Assembly: GCA_051294375.1 (NCBI GenBank)
Contig: JBJCIZ010000028.1
Span: forward strand, 1,301,576-1,365,575
DNA length: 64,000 nucleotides
Direction: 5' to 3'
Source: Paraspadella gotoi
Lineage: Eukaryota; Animalia; Chaetognatha
Part shown: positions 44,272-57,500 of the stretch, one piece after another
Layout: each line of letters begins with the position of its first letter
Position numbering within the stretch: the stretch's first letter is position 1
Program-made: the position numbers and the translations under genes
Notes under the pieces: model-generated
What the model saw: the letters and a program-made list of their open reading frames with translations, nothing else
The model's database searches: none
Told to the model about the DNA's origin: nothing

Positions 44272-44996
44272 TTTTTAAAAGTTTGCCGGCCGATTTAGTT
44301 TTAGGAGATAATTGTTAATACCTTTTGACATGATTTTTTTTCATGTAACCTCATGTTACGAAAAATCAATATTCCAATCAATATTAGTTGGTTTTTTTTC
44401 GGTTTAAAAAAGTCCCCAACCTCCCGACTTCCACTCTCTCCGATTCGTTATTCGTTGTTCGTTATTCATCCTTTTTATCGTATATATGCCTCCGAACAAT
44501 ATTCCGCCCCAAATTACATTAAGGTTCTCGTTTTCTCCATTTCCGATCTATTTCATATTCCCCCTTTCTTTCCACTTTCAAACCAGTAATTGTTTCCCCT
44601 TTTCTGCCTCCTCAACCTCATTTGCGATTTAACTATCAAAAACTATCGATAATTATCTTTTGTCTTCGAATTCGTGAGTTGGAATCGACATCAAAACAAA
44701 AGTCAAGTCAAATTCTATTGTCCAGTTGAATCCCTTTTTTCCCCATTCTTTTCGGCGAAAAACCAGTTATTTTCTTTCTTTCTTTCTCATTTCATTGTTT
44801 TCTTCTGTTTATCTACCGTTTTTTTTTCGTGACCCATTTGGATTCGGACGAAAACAATTGTTTTCCCCGAAGTCGATTGGCTTCGATTCTTGTTTTTCGT
44901 TTTTCGTTTTTCTTCGTCGTCGTCGCTAATATAATCAAAAAGGAACCCCGTTTATTATACAAAAAAAATATTTTAGTTTTACAAACAAAGTAACCA

Positions 44997-46154
44997 ATGC
45001 CGTCGCGAGTCGACGACGAGGCGATGCCGTCAAACGGATCCGCCGACTTTGGCGACGTCCCTCCTGCGGACGAATTTAACTCCGCTCCAGGTCAATCCGA
45101 TGCTAACTCAACTCTGACAGCTCCTGCTGATGTTTCCCCTGCCTCTCTCTCTAATTCGACACCCTCGGACGATCCTCTCGCGCCTTCAACAGCTCCCCCG
45201 ACCTCCCCCTCATCCTCCTCCATCTTTTCCGACAAGCGCATCTCCGACTTCTCTTTCCTCGACTCTCTGCCCAATCGCGAACCGTGTCCCTCTTGCGGTC
45301 GATCGCGCAAATTCTTCTGCTATCAATGCCACGTGGCAGTCGATGGCGTCGCCGGCCTCCTGCCGCGCGTGCGGCTCCCCCTGCGGCTGGAGATCATCAA
45401 GCATCCGAAGGAAGTCGACGGGAAGTCGACTGCGGAGCACGCTGCGGTGCTGGCGCCGCAGGACACGATCGTCCGCCTCTACCCGGATTTGCCAGACTAC
45501 GATCCGGATCGTGTCGTCCTTGTCTTTCCTTGTGACACTGCCCTGACTCTGGCCGAGTTGGCGAGGCGGGCCGGCGCCGCGGAAGACGAAGAGACCGGGG
45601 CCGCCGCGCCGCCGGGTCCGCCGCCTCCGAAGGTCCGCAAGGCGCCGCCCGATTTCGACACAGCCGTCTTCATCGAGTGCACTTGGAATCAGACTCACTC
45701 GATCTTCTCCGACGAACGACTTGGGAAGTTGAGACGGATTCGCTTGGAGGATCACGAGACGCATTTTTGGAGGTAAGGGGGGCGTAATATTTAATTATAA
45801 ACAGTACAAAACTTGCATTAGACTGTTGAGTAATAATAATATTTAAATTATTTTACTTTATTCAGATACCAGCGCGGTAAGCCCGCCAATTTTCTCTCCA
45901 CTATCGAAGCCATTTACTGGTTCTTCGTCGAATTCGACCGCAGCTTCGGCGCCGGCCGCAGTACCAGCAGCGGCAGCGAGGCCTCGCCCACCACATCCGC
46001 CGCAGCCTACGACGATCTCCTATTCTTTTTCGCCTACATGCATTCCAAGATTTTCTCGATGCGCGGCGGGAATCTCAAAGTGACAGAGCAGCGGCGAGAG
46101 AGGCTGGCGGCGCGGCAGCGGGCCGAAGCCAAAGCGGCGGTCAAAGACTCTTAA
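44997..46154 (+). CDS. DTWD1: tRNA-uridine aminocarboxypropyltransferase DTWD1 (exons 44997-45772, 45867-46154)
   Basis: CPSCGRSRKFFCYQC, IIKHPKEVDGKSTA, FIECTWNQTHSIFSDERL, FWR|YQRGKP.FLSTIEAIY, YDDLLFFF. Confidence 0.92.
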
Positions 46155-46430
46155 TTGCCTGGCGAGGGACGGGCAGTGATGGAGTCGAAACGGATGATGG
46201 AGTGATGGAGTCCAAGACTCAAACACTTGTTGTTGAAATCGATTTTGATTCGTTAAATTTAGAAAAAGTTTGTTCATTTGTCGATTCGTGATAACTTTTT
46301 CGTTTATTTATTTTTTTCAGGCGAACATTATTTGTGCCACACTCAGTTTCTAGTTCTTACTAGACAGTTTTGGTCAAGTAATAAATATAAAATAATAATA
46401 AATTATTGTGAAATAAAACAAAAATAAAAG

Positions 46431-48614
46431 ATGGGCAAAGCGCGTAAGCGAAAACTCGTCTCCCAACACGGAGATTCCGTCCCAGGAAAGAAACTTCCGC
46501 TCGACATTCAACTTCAGCGCGATATCGAAGAATCACCGGCGCCGATTCGAAGATCCGGGGCCAATGACGCCGACGACGCCGCAAGCGACGGCGTCGTCGA
46601 TTCCAAGATCTCCGCCAAGATTCTCTCTTCCGCCCGACGTCAACAGGAAGAACTCCAAGAGGAGTTCGGCGTCGGTCAGTCGGTCAAGTCGGGCAAACCC
46701 GTCGTGGGTTTCAAGCTGCCCGTTTCTCGAGATGTCGGGCAGATCGTGGAAGAAGAGGAGGAAGAGGAGGAGGAGGATGACTCCTCCTCACAAGCGAACG
46801 ATTTCTACGAAGAAGTTGACATCGACGAAGAAGAAGAAAAAGCGTTGGAAGCCTTCATGTTCTCCGACCGACGAGAGAACCGAACTCTGGCCGACATTTT
46901 CGAAAAACTAGAAGAGAAGAAGACAGAGATAGAGTCGCAGTGCTCGGAGTCGGCTTTGTCGGCGACGGCGGCCGACAAGCCGACGAAACTCGATCCTCGC
47001 GTCGTCGAGATGTACAAGTCGGTGGGAGAAATTCTCGCCAAGTATCGAAGCGGGAAGATTCCAAAGGCCTTTAAAGTTATTCCCAGGTGATGAGATAATA
47101 TTTAATACTACTATTTAATAATGTAGGCTATTAGTGTTGAGAGGTCGATTGATTTGAGTTGCCCAGAGGCTCATTTCATTATTAAAAAGAATAAGGAAAA
47201 GAGAAGGAGACAGCGACAGGGAAAAGAAAATAAGTGGGGGAGAGAGAGGGAGACGAGAGGGAGACGTATAAAAAGAGAGACCCCCTTTGTTTCCAATAAT
47301 AAAACGAAAAGACATAAATATCAAAAACTCTCACTTGTATTTTTTATTTCACGCTCATCATAAAACCAACGCCGAAAAGCTAGTTAGTTCCTCGGAGAGA
47401 ATACCGAAGTGTGCTTGTAGCTATGGGATTCTAGAATGTGACCCTGAGTATAATTTTGTTCGCTAATTTGTTTCTTTTAGAAATTTCAGCACATGAGCTG
47501 TCAAAGGGGTTTATTAATCCCTCATTGTTGGTATTTATTGAATAGCGCTTTATTGTTGTCTTAATCTTTAACTTTAATGTTCTATTTGACTTATATTTTA
47601 TTTTATTTATATTTAATGACAATCATTCCTATCCCAACCTTCAGACTCTCCGACTGGGAATACGTCCTCCACCTGACCAACCCATCCAAATGGTCTGCAG
47701 CCGCGATTTTTCAAGCGACTCGTATCTTTTCCTCGAGTCTCAGCGTCAAGATGGCGCAACGGTTTTACTTCTACGTGCTCTACCCTCGCGTCCGAGATGA
47801 CATCTCCTTCTACAAGCGCCTCAACTTCCATCTCTTTATGGCGCTGAAGAAGGCGCTTTTCAAACCGGCCGCCTTCTTCAAAGGCATCCTCCTGCCACTT
47901 TGCGAATCTGGCAACTGCACTCTCCGCGAGGCCACCATCGTCTCCAGCATCCTGGCCAAGTGCTCCGTGCCCATGCTCCACTCCAGCGCCGCGCTATTGA
48001 AGATCGCCGAGATGGAGTACTCGGGGGCTAACAGCATCTTTATCAAGACCCTGCTGGACAAGAAGTACGCTTTGCCCTTTCGGGTTATCGACGCGCTCGT
48101 CTTTCACTTTGTCAAGTTTGAACGGGAGACGCGGCAACTTCCGGTTCTTTGGCACCAGGTATCAGGGATTGATTTTCTTTAATCTCATTTGCATATAGCA
48201 GTGTTTGCAAAGCTTTCGAATTATTTTCTTCTTTGTCAACTGATGGTTTCCCATTAAATTCTTTGGGTTTATTCTCATTAGTTAATTGCGCATATAAATA
48301 TAAATTTTCCTTTTTAATCTCTTAATATATAAGTGTTTTTTCTCCACCAGGCTTTACTCGTCTTCGTTCAGCGCTACAAAGAAGACATCTCCTCCGAACA
48401 GAAAGAGGCGCTCTATGGAGTCGTCCGCGCTCAGTTCCATCCGCATATCGGACCCGAGATTCGACGAGAGATGCAAAACTCGAAATCGCGCGACGAGGAG
48501 GACGGAGAGGCCGCTGCGGCGTCGGCTGCAGCGGGTGATGGGCCGCCGCGGGCGATCTCCTCCATGGAAGACGACGAAGATATTGAGGCGAATTATCGGG
48601 AACTTTTCGGTTGA
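46431..48614 (+). CDS. BYSL: Bystin (40S biogenesis factor), 3 exons
   Basis: [82 protein letters not shown]. Confidence 0.96.
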
Positions 48615-49056
48615 GGCGTCGACGAATGAGAACGGACTCGGTGCTAAAGTCGAAGAGGCTTCCTTAAGTTTATTTAGTTTAGGTCCGTTTGTTGATGAGT
48701 TTCGTCGCTAATGTTTAAGTTTTGTGATTGTTAATTGACCAGCCTCTTTGTTTGAATACGAGATTTAAAGTCTGTTTTTTTATGACTTCATTGTTCTTTC
48801 CTATAATTTAGGTATAGTTGAAAATTAAAGTTAGTTCTTTCGTCATTCGGATCCGACGATGTTCAGAATATTGTGGATTAAAATGACATGTATTGAAATG
48901 ATTTTTGTCAATGAATAAAATATTCAAATGAATAAAAGTCCGAAAGTTTCTTCCTGACAAAAAACTCGATGGGGAGATTTTTCTCGGCTTTATTGTCGAC
49001 CTAAATGGAGCAACAAAATAACAAAAAAATAACAATAACTAAACAATAAGGAAACA

Positions 49057-51407
49057 ATGCCCGTCGTCCGTCTGGAGCCTCAAACTCCTTCCTCCTCCTC
49101 CTCCTCTTCTTCCCTCTTTAACTCCTCCTCCTCCTCCTCCTTTTCCTCTCTCCTCTCCTCCATCTTCGGTCCACGCGGCCAACGCCTCCACATCGGCTCC
49201 TCCTCCTCCCCTCGCGTCATCACCTCCTCTTCATCTCGCCTCCTCTCTTCCCTCAGCGTCTCTGACCCTTTTCTCTCTCTCGTCGTCGCCGGAATGAAGC
49301 GACAAACGGACGTCTTCAAAGATGGCGGCGTCTCAGCCGGACTCTTGACGCTGCGTCTGGCTGCGGCGTGGCGGGCTGCGGGATCCAGCGCCGCGTTGGC
49401 CGACGAAGCCGCGGAGATCGTCTTGAAAACGATGGAGGGGTTGGACAGCTTCGTCATGGACCCAAAGCGCTTGGAAGATTTGACGCTGATCGCTCGATCG
49501 ATCCTCACCTCCAAAGCCTCCTTCTTCAACGCCCCCGACGAACGCGTCGACGAAGCGGCGCGTCTCGTCGTCCGCGCCTTCGTCTCCGCCCTCGACTCGC
49601 GGGCGACGAACAAGTTGGGGACGATCCTCTTCGCGGAGGCGAGAGGCTGCAAGTGGGAGGAGTCGAGGTTGGAGGAAGGCATCGCCTTTTTGAAGCCGAT
49701 CGATTATCGAGGTTCGAAATAGTCGTCTTTAAAATCTTATTCAAGAATTGATTATCAATTAATTTATTATATTTTGAAATTCTGTTAACATTTTTAACTT
49801 AATGACCTTGCGTTTTGACTTTCGTTTCGTTTTAAATTTAGAGAAAACAAAGTTTAAATTGTTTACAAACAACGTTTTTTTTTTGTTAAAAAAACGGACT
49901 TGTTTCGAATCTATGGTTGCGAGTCTTAATCAGCGCCAAGTAAAAACTTAGTTTTCTCTAAACTTAATGACCAAAAATATGAGTGCCGGATGGAAACTCG
50001 CACAGCGTAAGGTTTTCAGGGTTGAAGAAATATGGTTCAAACCTTACAAAAATACTAATATAAACTCCTGAGTATAAAAATAAAATAAACAAAAAAGAAT
50101 TAAAACCATTTTACATTTAATATGTTGAAATGTTCGTCTCCAGCGCCCTCTTCCTCGGGACCTTGGATCGTCGCCATTTTCGACGTTTCTCTTTCCGGCG
50201 ACAGCGATGAATTCGTTGGCGCCGATGACGCGACGTCGAGAGACGAGAGAGACGCCGGCCTCGATCGCTTCGTCGATGTCGACGTCTTCGTCGCGAAGGC
50301 CAATGAGTTCGTGGACGAGCTCATCGATCGGCATGGGGTGAGGGGTTGGTCGGGACGGGGGGGGGGAAGGGATGAAGAGGGGCAGCAAGGAAAAAATAGA
50401 CTAAGGAATTAAAAAGGTAAAAGAAAATCAACTTTGCATGAATTCACCTGGAAAATCCGTCTTCTGCCTTCAGCATCCACTTGGCCAAGCAATTGATATC
50501 AAAACGACCACTATTTCATGACTAGAGTTGATTAACTTATCTTCTCTTTTACTCATCCCATCTCCCTCTCTCTCTCGCTCCCCAGGTTTCGGTGATTCTC
50601 TGTCAAAAGGTCATTCACCCTCATCTCAAGAGTCACGTCACCGACCGCGGCGCCGTCTTCCTCGAGCGCCTCTCCGCGTCGACGACCGATTCCATCCTTC
50701 TCTCGACCGGCGCCAAACGAATCTCGTCTCTTCACTCGCCCGACGTCGGCGACCGACTCGGCCGACTGTCGGGCATTGACGAGCACCGATTGCCCGACGG
50801 CAAATCCTACCTCTTCCTCCGCGGCGCCATATCTGTCGCTCAGACGATCGTGGTGGGCGCGCCGACGGAAGAGACGTATCTAGACACGCGGCGCTCTTTC
50901 GAAGCCTGTGTCTCCTGTCTGCGACGGACGTTGGGCGACGCCGAGAGCCGCAAGTTCGTCTCCGGAGGCGGATGCTACTGGACCGGCGTCGCCGCCGCTC
51001 TCGCCGCCAAAGAGGATTCTCTTGTCGCCGATTGGTCGACGGTCGATTCGACGCCGAAGTCAGCCGCTCGCCGTTGCCTCGGCGCCGTCGTCGAGGCATT
51101 CCGCGGCGTCGCGGCGTCTTTGGCTAATGGCGGCGTCGAATCTGTGGCGGTCGAAGGTCATCATTGGATGATTAACGGAGATGTTGACGAAGGAGCGAAA
51201 GTGAGTTGCGGCTGCGGAAAGAAGATCGGCGAGTGGGTTGGAGAAGAAATTGTTGGCGTGGCCGAATCTCAAATTGTGGGCGTGGCAGAACCTCTACCTC
51301 GTCCGTCGATCGTCGATTCTCTGGACAAAATGATCTCAGCCGCGAGGATGGCCTTTGAATTGGCGGCGCTGATGGTCAATACCAACGAGATCATTTCCGC
51401 AGGATGA
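49057..51407 (+). CDS. MKKS: McKusick-Kaufman/BBS6 chaperonin-like protein, 3 exons
   Basis: SIFGPRGQRLHI..VITSSSSRLL, FKDGG, IARSILTSK, ILCQKVIHPHLK..FLERL, SGGGC, CGCG, DSLDKMISA. Confidence 0.8.
49897..49937 (-). ncRNA. Degenerate minimal hammerhead motif
   Basis: Minus strand GCTGATTA-AGACTC-gcaaccata-GATTC-GAAACAAGTC. Confidence 0.5.
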
Positions 51408-51761
51408 GGTGGCGTTGTCCAATGTCCAATGTGGTAGAAGCGTCCTCAACGGTTTGGTGGCCTACAGGCTTGAAGGAATCGCTTATTGCGCCGCTGTCTT
51501 TGGTCCGCATGACTTGCCAAGCGCGAGATTGCAAATAATCAAAGGGTTATCGGTTATCGGTTATCGGACCATCGGTTAATCCTCGAAGAGAACATTGACT
51601 TACAACGTTTGGATCACAATTGCATCAATTCCGCCTCAACTATTCTTATCTACTTTGGTTCTTATTCTTATCTACTTTGGTTCTCAGTCATTCGTGTTTA
51701 TTTTCTTTGTTTTTTTGTTTATTTTTATTCTCTTTCTTTTTTCCTTCAAAAGCCAAAAACT

Positions 51762-54515
51762 ATGAAGGAGGAATCGAGTTTCTCGATCCTCGTCCGCGAT
51801 CTGGTCGCTCGATCTTTCGGCCCAGACGCCCCGAGCGGATCGTCCAGAGTGGCCAGAGCCTTCGAGACTCTTCTCTCCTTCGGATCCGCGGACGACGACG
51901 ACGCCTCCGCCTCTCTTGAGATCCGCGCCTTGACCAGATTCTACAACGCTGTCTCTCTCTTGCCCGACGCGTCGCCCCGCCCACCCATCGACGAGCCATT
52001 TCAGCTCGCGACTCGGTCTCGCTCCGTCTCGGCTTTCGAGAGAGCGAGTCGTTTGATCGACGAACTACGAGACTCGGCCAATTTTCTCTCACCTTCCCGC
52101 AACGCTGATTCCTGCTCCGCTGCGGCGCGGATTCTCCTCTTTCTTTGCGCCGCTGCGGCGCCGACGTCTTCGGCGAGGATCGAGACGGCGCCGTCGCCGG
52201 GATTTTATTGTCCCGAGTCTCTGCTCCTTTCGTCGGAGGAGATTTTCGGAGCGAGTCCCGGCTGCAGCATTTCTGGTGAGATTTAATATTGCGTTGATTT
52301 AGAAAGAGTTTATTCTAATTTTTTAAAAGTGCTGTCATCTTTGTTTCGTTGACGAGAATATATAAAACTTACTACTATTGGTGGTGAGCAGCTGGAAATC
52401 AGATTTACAACCATCTAAATACAGAGTTATCAGTGCGTCCTATGAATTGTACCGAACTATTGATCAATGAAATTTTGAACAAAATTTCACCGATCAATGA
52501 TTTTAAATTTTATTTTAAAATTCGTGAGTCAGCTTGTCAGTATGAACTTAATCACGCTCTTTCTTACAGCTTAGTTATTTAGTAGTCAATCTACATTCTT
52601 CAGTTACCAATATCTTGACTGGATGTGTGAAAAGCTGCGAACAGAATCTAGATAGTACACACAAAGTGGGCAAATTTCTCTCGTTTTATTTGATGAAATC
52701 CAAGCTCTTCTTCTCTCCCCCCCCCTAAATTTTTTGCCGTGGTAGTAAAGCACGATTTTTTAGTTTACATCATCATCATAATCATCATCATCTTTCTCAT
52801 CATCATCTTCCTCCTCCTCCTCAGCCTCCGCCTGAGTTGTTGCTCGTTCATTTTTCCGGATTTCCTTTTTCTTTCTCTTTCCTTTTTCTTTCTATTTTCT
52901 TTTTCTTTCTCTTTTCTTTCTCTTTCATTTTTCTTTTTCTTTCTCTTTCATTTTTCTTTCTCTTTCTTCAACAATTTTTAAATTTTGAATTTAACTTACA
53001 TTTTTAAAAGTTTATAAATCTTTTTTCTTACATTAATAATATGAAAGTTATTTTAGTATTTAATAAAAGATGATGAACATTTTTTTGTTGATCATTGCAA
53101 CGAAATGATTGACGACTTATTTTTACTCCAAGTTGCTCCTAACATCTCGTAAAACAAAAAGCCGGTTGCTTCGAAGAAAATCTCTTTCGGGGAAAAAAAA
53201 TCAGCTGATTCGAGGTTTTAGAATCGCGTTATCGGAGAGAGAGAGAGAAAGAAAGAAAGAGTGTCAAAATTGCAGCCAGGGAGCGAGTCAAAATTGTCGA
53301 GTTGATTCAATTTAGTTTTTTCAGTGAAAGACAAACTGTTAAGAGTCGGAGAGTCTTCGTGTCTCGGGAGGAAAATCCCAGCTGATTCGGTAAAGAGTCA
53401 AAAAGGGGAAAAATGGCCGGAGAAATTCTGTCAGTAAATTTAAACAAATTTTAACACCTCGATTTTTAACTTCATTTTCCTCGAATTCAACTCGAAATCT
53501 ACGAATGGTTAATGATTAATGACTGATTAATGGTTAATCATTGATTAATGATCATTTGCCGAGAATTTCATTTCGAGATTTTTTGGTTTATTTTTTGCTC
53601 CGCCTGAATTTAAATTTTACGGTTGGCCATTTTGAACGAAAACTGGCCGGCTGGGTCATGGTGTACTCTCTACATTAAATTCCGCTCACTTGAAGTGACC
53701 ACCCACATCATTTCACGGCCCACGCTCACCCTTTCCCAGGTTCGTCCTTCTTCTCTGACCGCGCCCACTCTTCCGACTACTCGCGCCATCTGTCCCGTTC
53801 CCTCTACAGTGCCTTGACGCGTCACCCGCCCTCGTCGGGCTTTTCCTTCGCCCTCTCTTTGCCCGCTTTGCCCGACGATCCGCTCGCTTTCGAAGACTCA
53901 TCCTCGCTCCTGCCTTCGCACCTTCGATCCACCAGCGGCGAAGAGGTAAATCCGCGGCGGCGGGCGGCGGCGGGCGGCGGGCGGCGGCGGGCGGCGGCGG
54001 GCGGCGGCGGCGAATTACAGGGGTGGGCGGGCGGAGGGGGATGAGCCGGTCGGAAAGGAACGAAACCTCGGACGAAATAACGAAGGAAAAAAATTCCCTT
54101 TTTCAAAAAAAAAAAAACAAACAAATAAAATAAAACCATTATTAGAGAACAAATAATATCTCGTGAATATACCGCCACATAAGCGATTAATTCATTCCAT
54201 TTTATCTGGTTGTTATATGATTATAAAATAAATAACCTCTCAATTAACTTCACGTATTAATTATAGTTCATAGAATAAATATTTAAAACTAAATTATATT
54301 TTTTTAAATAAAGGTTTAATTATAAAAGTTAATAGTAAATAGACGGGTGGACGAATGGACCGACGAAGTAATTTTTATGGTCGCGTGGTTCGTTATAAAA
54401 GGAAGACGAAAAAAAAAAAAAAAATTCCAAGAAGAAAAGAAAAGGAACTAAAATAAAAAAAAAACATCGGATTTAAAATCTCGTCTTAATTTACTTTTTT
54501 TTCCTCCGCAGCCGA

Positions 54516-54546
<31 letters not shown>

Positions 54547-57500
54547 AGGATTCGGATCTTCTCCTTTCCTCGAGTTTAAAGGTGAAACAAACTCGACTGA
54601 GAATTTTAAATAAAATAAAATAAAGAAATTATAACAATAAATTTAGCAAAAATAAAAATCAACGGCGCTCAAAATTCGACCAACGCAGAAAATATTTACA
54701 CGTTAAGCAATATGTAAACTAATCTTCCTCTAATGATCTCTCTTGTCTTTTTGACTTGGATGTCATGTAGCTGGTTCATTTCGTCATTTCAATCTCATTT
54801 GCATATTGTAGCTTTTTAGTTTATTTCTCAGATCCTTCCCTTTGGTCTTTTAAAAGTGTTCTTTTATTTTTTGTGGATACTTTTAATATAGTTTAATAAT
54901 GATATAGATTAGAATTGGGATTTAATAATGATTGGGATCCTTCAGCCTTTGACGACCTCATCGAGAAGGAGAACTTTCCGCGCCAAGTTAGATATTTGAC
55001 GGAATCCGGAGCCGAAGCCTTCGATCGCCTTCAATCCTTCGTGGGGTCTTCGCTCGCCATCGTGGAGGCGGAGTCGGTGGTGAGTTGCGTTGTGGCCTTC
55101 GAGTGAAATGGATCATGTTGATTATGACATGATTATTAATGACATGATTAATGACATGATTAATGACATGATTATTAATCACTAAACTGAGCTCATTTGT
55201 TACACAAGATTTTAAAGAAATTTAATTCTTTGAATTTAAAATTATTAAATATTTCGTGGAAAAAAGACTGACTAGATTAATGATCATTACAGAAAAATTT
55301 AACACCGCTTTTTCGGCCACACTGTTGGCTCACAGTTGATTGATCAGTCATTATCGTTGGTTCACAGTTGAAACCGCAAAAATCTTCGTCGTCGTCGTTA
55401 GTGAATTTCGCAGTCGATCAAAGTTCATCTTCGTTTTTATCAACTTAAAAAAAAAAAAAGAAAAAAAAAAAAATCGCGGAAAAAATTTTTTTTTTCTATT
55501 TCGTTTTGGGTCAGAGCGATCTTCGTGGAAAAGATCGGGATGCCTTTTTCCTTTCAAAACCTTTTTTTTTTTTTAAATTCTCTCTCTCGCTCTCAGTCTT
55601 TCCCTTCCAATTCTCTCTCTCGCTCTCAGTCTCTCCCTTCCAATCTGGTGGATGCAGAGGATTTGCTCGACGACTTGAAACTCCTCCTCTTCGGCCTCGA
55701 GTCTCCGCTCTTCCGATGGAAGGAGGAGGAGGGAGGTATAGCCAAATCGTCTTTCTCAATCTCCGTCCCGCGACTCGCTCTCTCTGGACTGGAACCGAAT
55801 CTCCTCAGTAACTTTTTGTCTCCTTTTTTGAGACTCGGAAAATCGATCAAAAACTTGGAGCTACTTTGCGATCAACGTCCCAACGAAAGTTCACTCGGCG
55901 AGCGAGGACTCGTCTATCAGGTTTTTTACTTTTTTTTATATTTTTTTTAATTATTATAATTTTTTTTTATTATCGATTTATTATCGTGTCAGTTTTTGGC
56001 GTCAATTTTATTAGGTTTTTGCAGATTAAGTCTGGATATTATTTTTATTTTTTTTTAATTTTATTTTTAATATAAAACTATCTTATCTCAGGTCTTAAGC
56101 TGATAAAAAATTACATTTATAATATTTGTGAAATGGTTAAACGACGATTTTTCAATCTTCATTCATGCCCTCCGATCCAAAATGAAAATGGATAAATTTA
56201 GATTTAATACTACAATATGTAAATGAGATTGAGAAATTTTCTTACACTCCTCCCCTGTTTCTTCCCCCAGTCTTTCCTCAACGGGATTCGCCGTATCCTC
56301 CATTTCTCCAAAGCCTTCGTCGTCTCTCGCTCCACCGAATCCCTTTCGCCGCTCCAGTTCTCCGCTTTGCTGGAGCAATGGATGTCGCAGGTCGAGACGC
56401 TCGTCGACGTGTGCCGTGTCCGGGACGATCTCTCCGCACACGAGGCCGGTGAGTTGTGATAGAAAATGCAGGTGGCGATGGCGTTCTCTGAGTCCATTCT
56501 CAGAATTTCTGACAAAAAGCGCCAATGCTAAAACTTCTACGTAAATCGATCTTTTTGATGATGATGATGATGATAATGATGATGAACACGACGATGATTA
56601 CGATGATGATGATGACGATGAAAAGAAGACACCTGGTTTCTTTCCGGGTTTCGTTTCTGCTTTCGGACAGAATTTCTTTGATGAAAAAAAAGTTAAATAA
56701 GCGGATCTGAGTTTTTGTGCCTCTTTTTCCAACGATTCCTTTTTTTAAAGATTAAACCGATTTTTCTTAGTTTGTTTCATGTTTAGCCATTGGCTTCGAT
56801 TTTGATCCCTATGAAATTGGTACAACCAATATAGGCTATCTTGCCCCTGACTTTGGACAGGCATTGTGGTTTAAGTCCTCCATCACTCTTACTGTCTTAA
56901 TCTATTTTTGAACCCAAAAATTTAGTTCCGATCTCGTCTCTGTTTTTTGAAAAACCAAAAGCATTAATCAGTTGAACTATTTTTAAATCATTTGTTTGTT
57001 CAACGTCTTCCATCAACCTAATTCCTTTCTTGTTCTTTCTCCGCACTCTTCTCTCTCTCTCTCTCGTTCTCTCCTCTCTCTCTCTCTCTTTCTCTCTCTC
57101 CTCCCTCCCCCTCCCCCCCCTTTCCCCTCAACTAAGCTCGTTATCTTCCAATGTTCACAAAGATAACCATTAACCAACCATAAAAATGGCGATATTTTCG
57201 AATGATTTATATTGAGTCTAACAGAAATTTATAAATATTAATATGAATATTTCTCATCTCTGTTCCAGCCCCCGGATCGACAGGGTCCTTCCCCGTCGGG
57301 ACTCAACTTCTCTCTTATCTTTACGATCGAACTTCTCTTCTCTATCTTCTCTCTGAGACGGATACTTACCCTCTCCTCCTCTTCCTCCTCCTCACCTCGC
57401 TCCAGCCTTACCTTCGCTTTCTCTCCGATTGGGTTTTTCACGGTCAATGCTCCGATCCTTACGGCGAATTCGGCATCAAGATCGGTGAGTAATTACGGAT

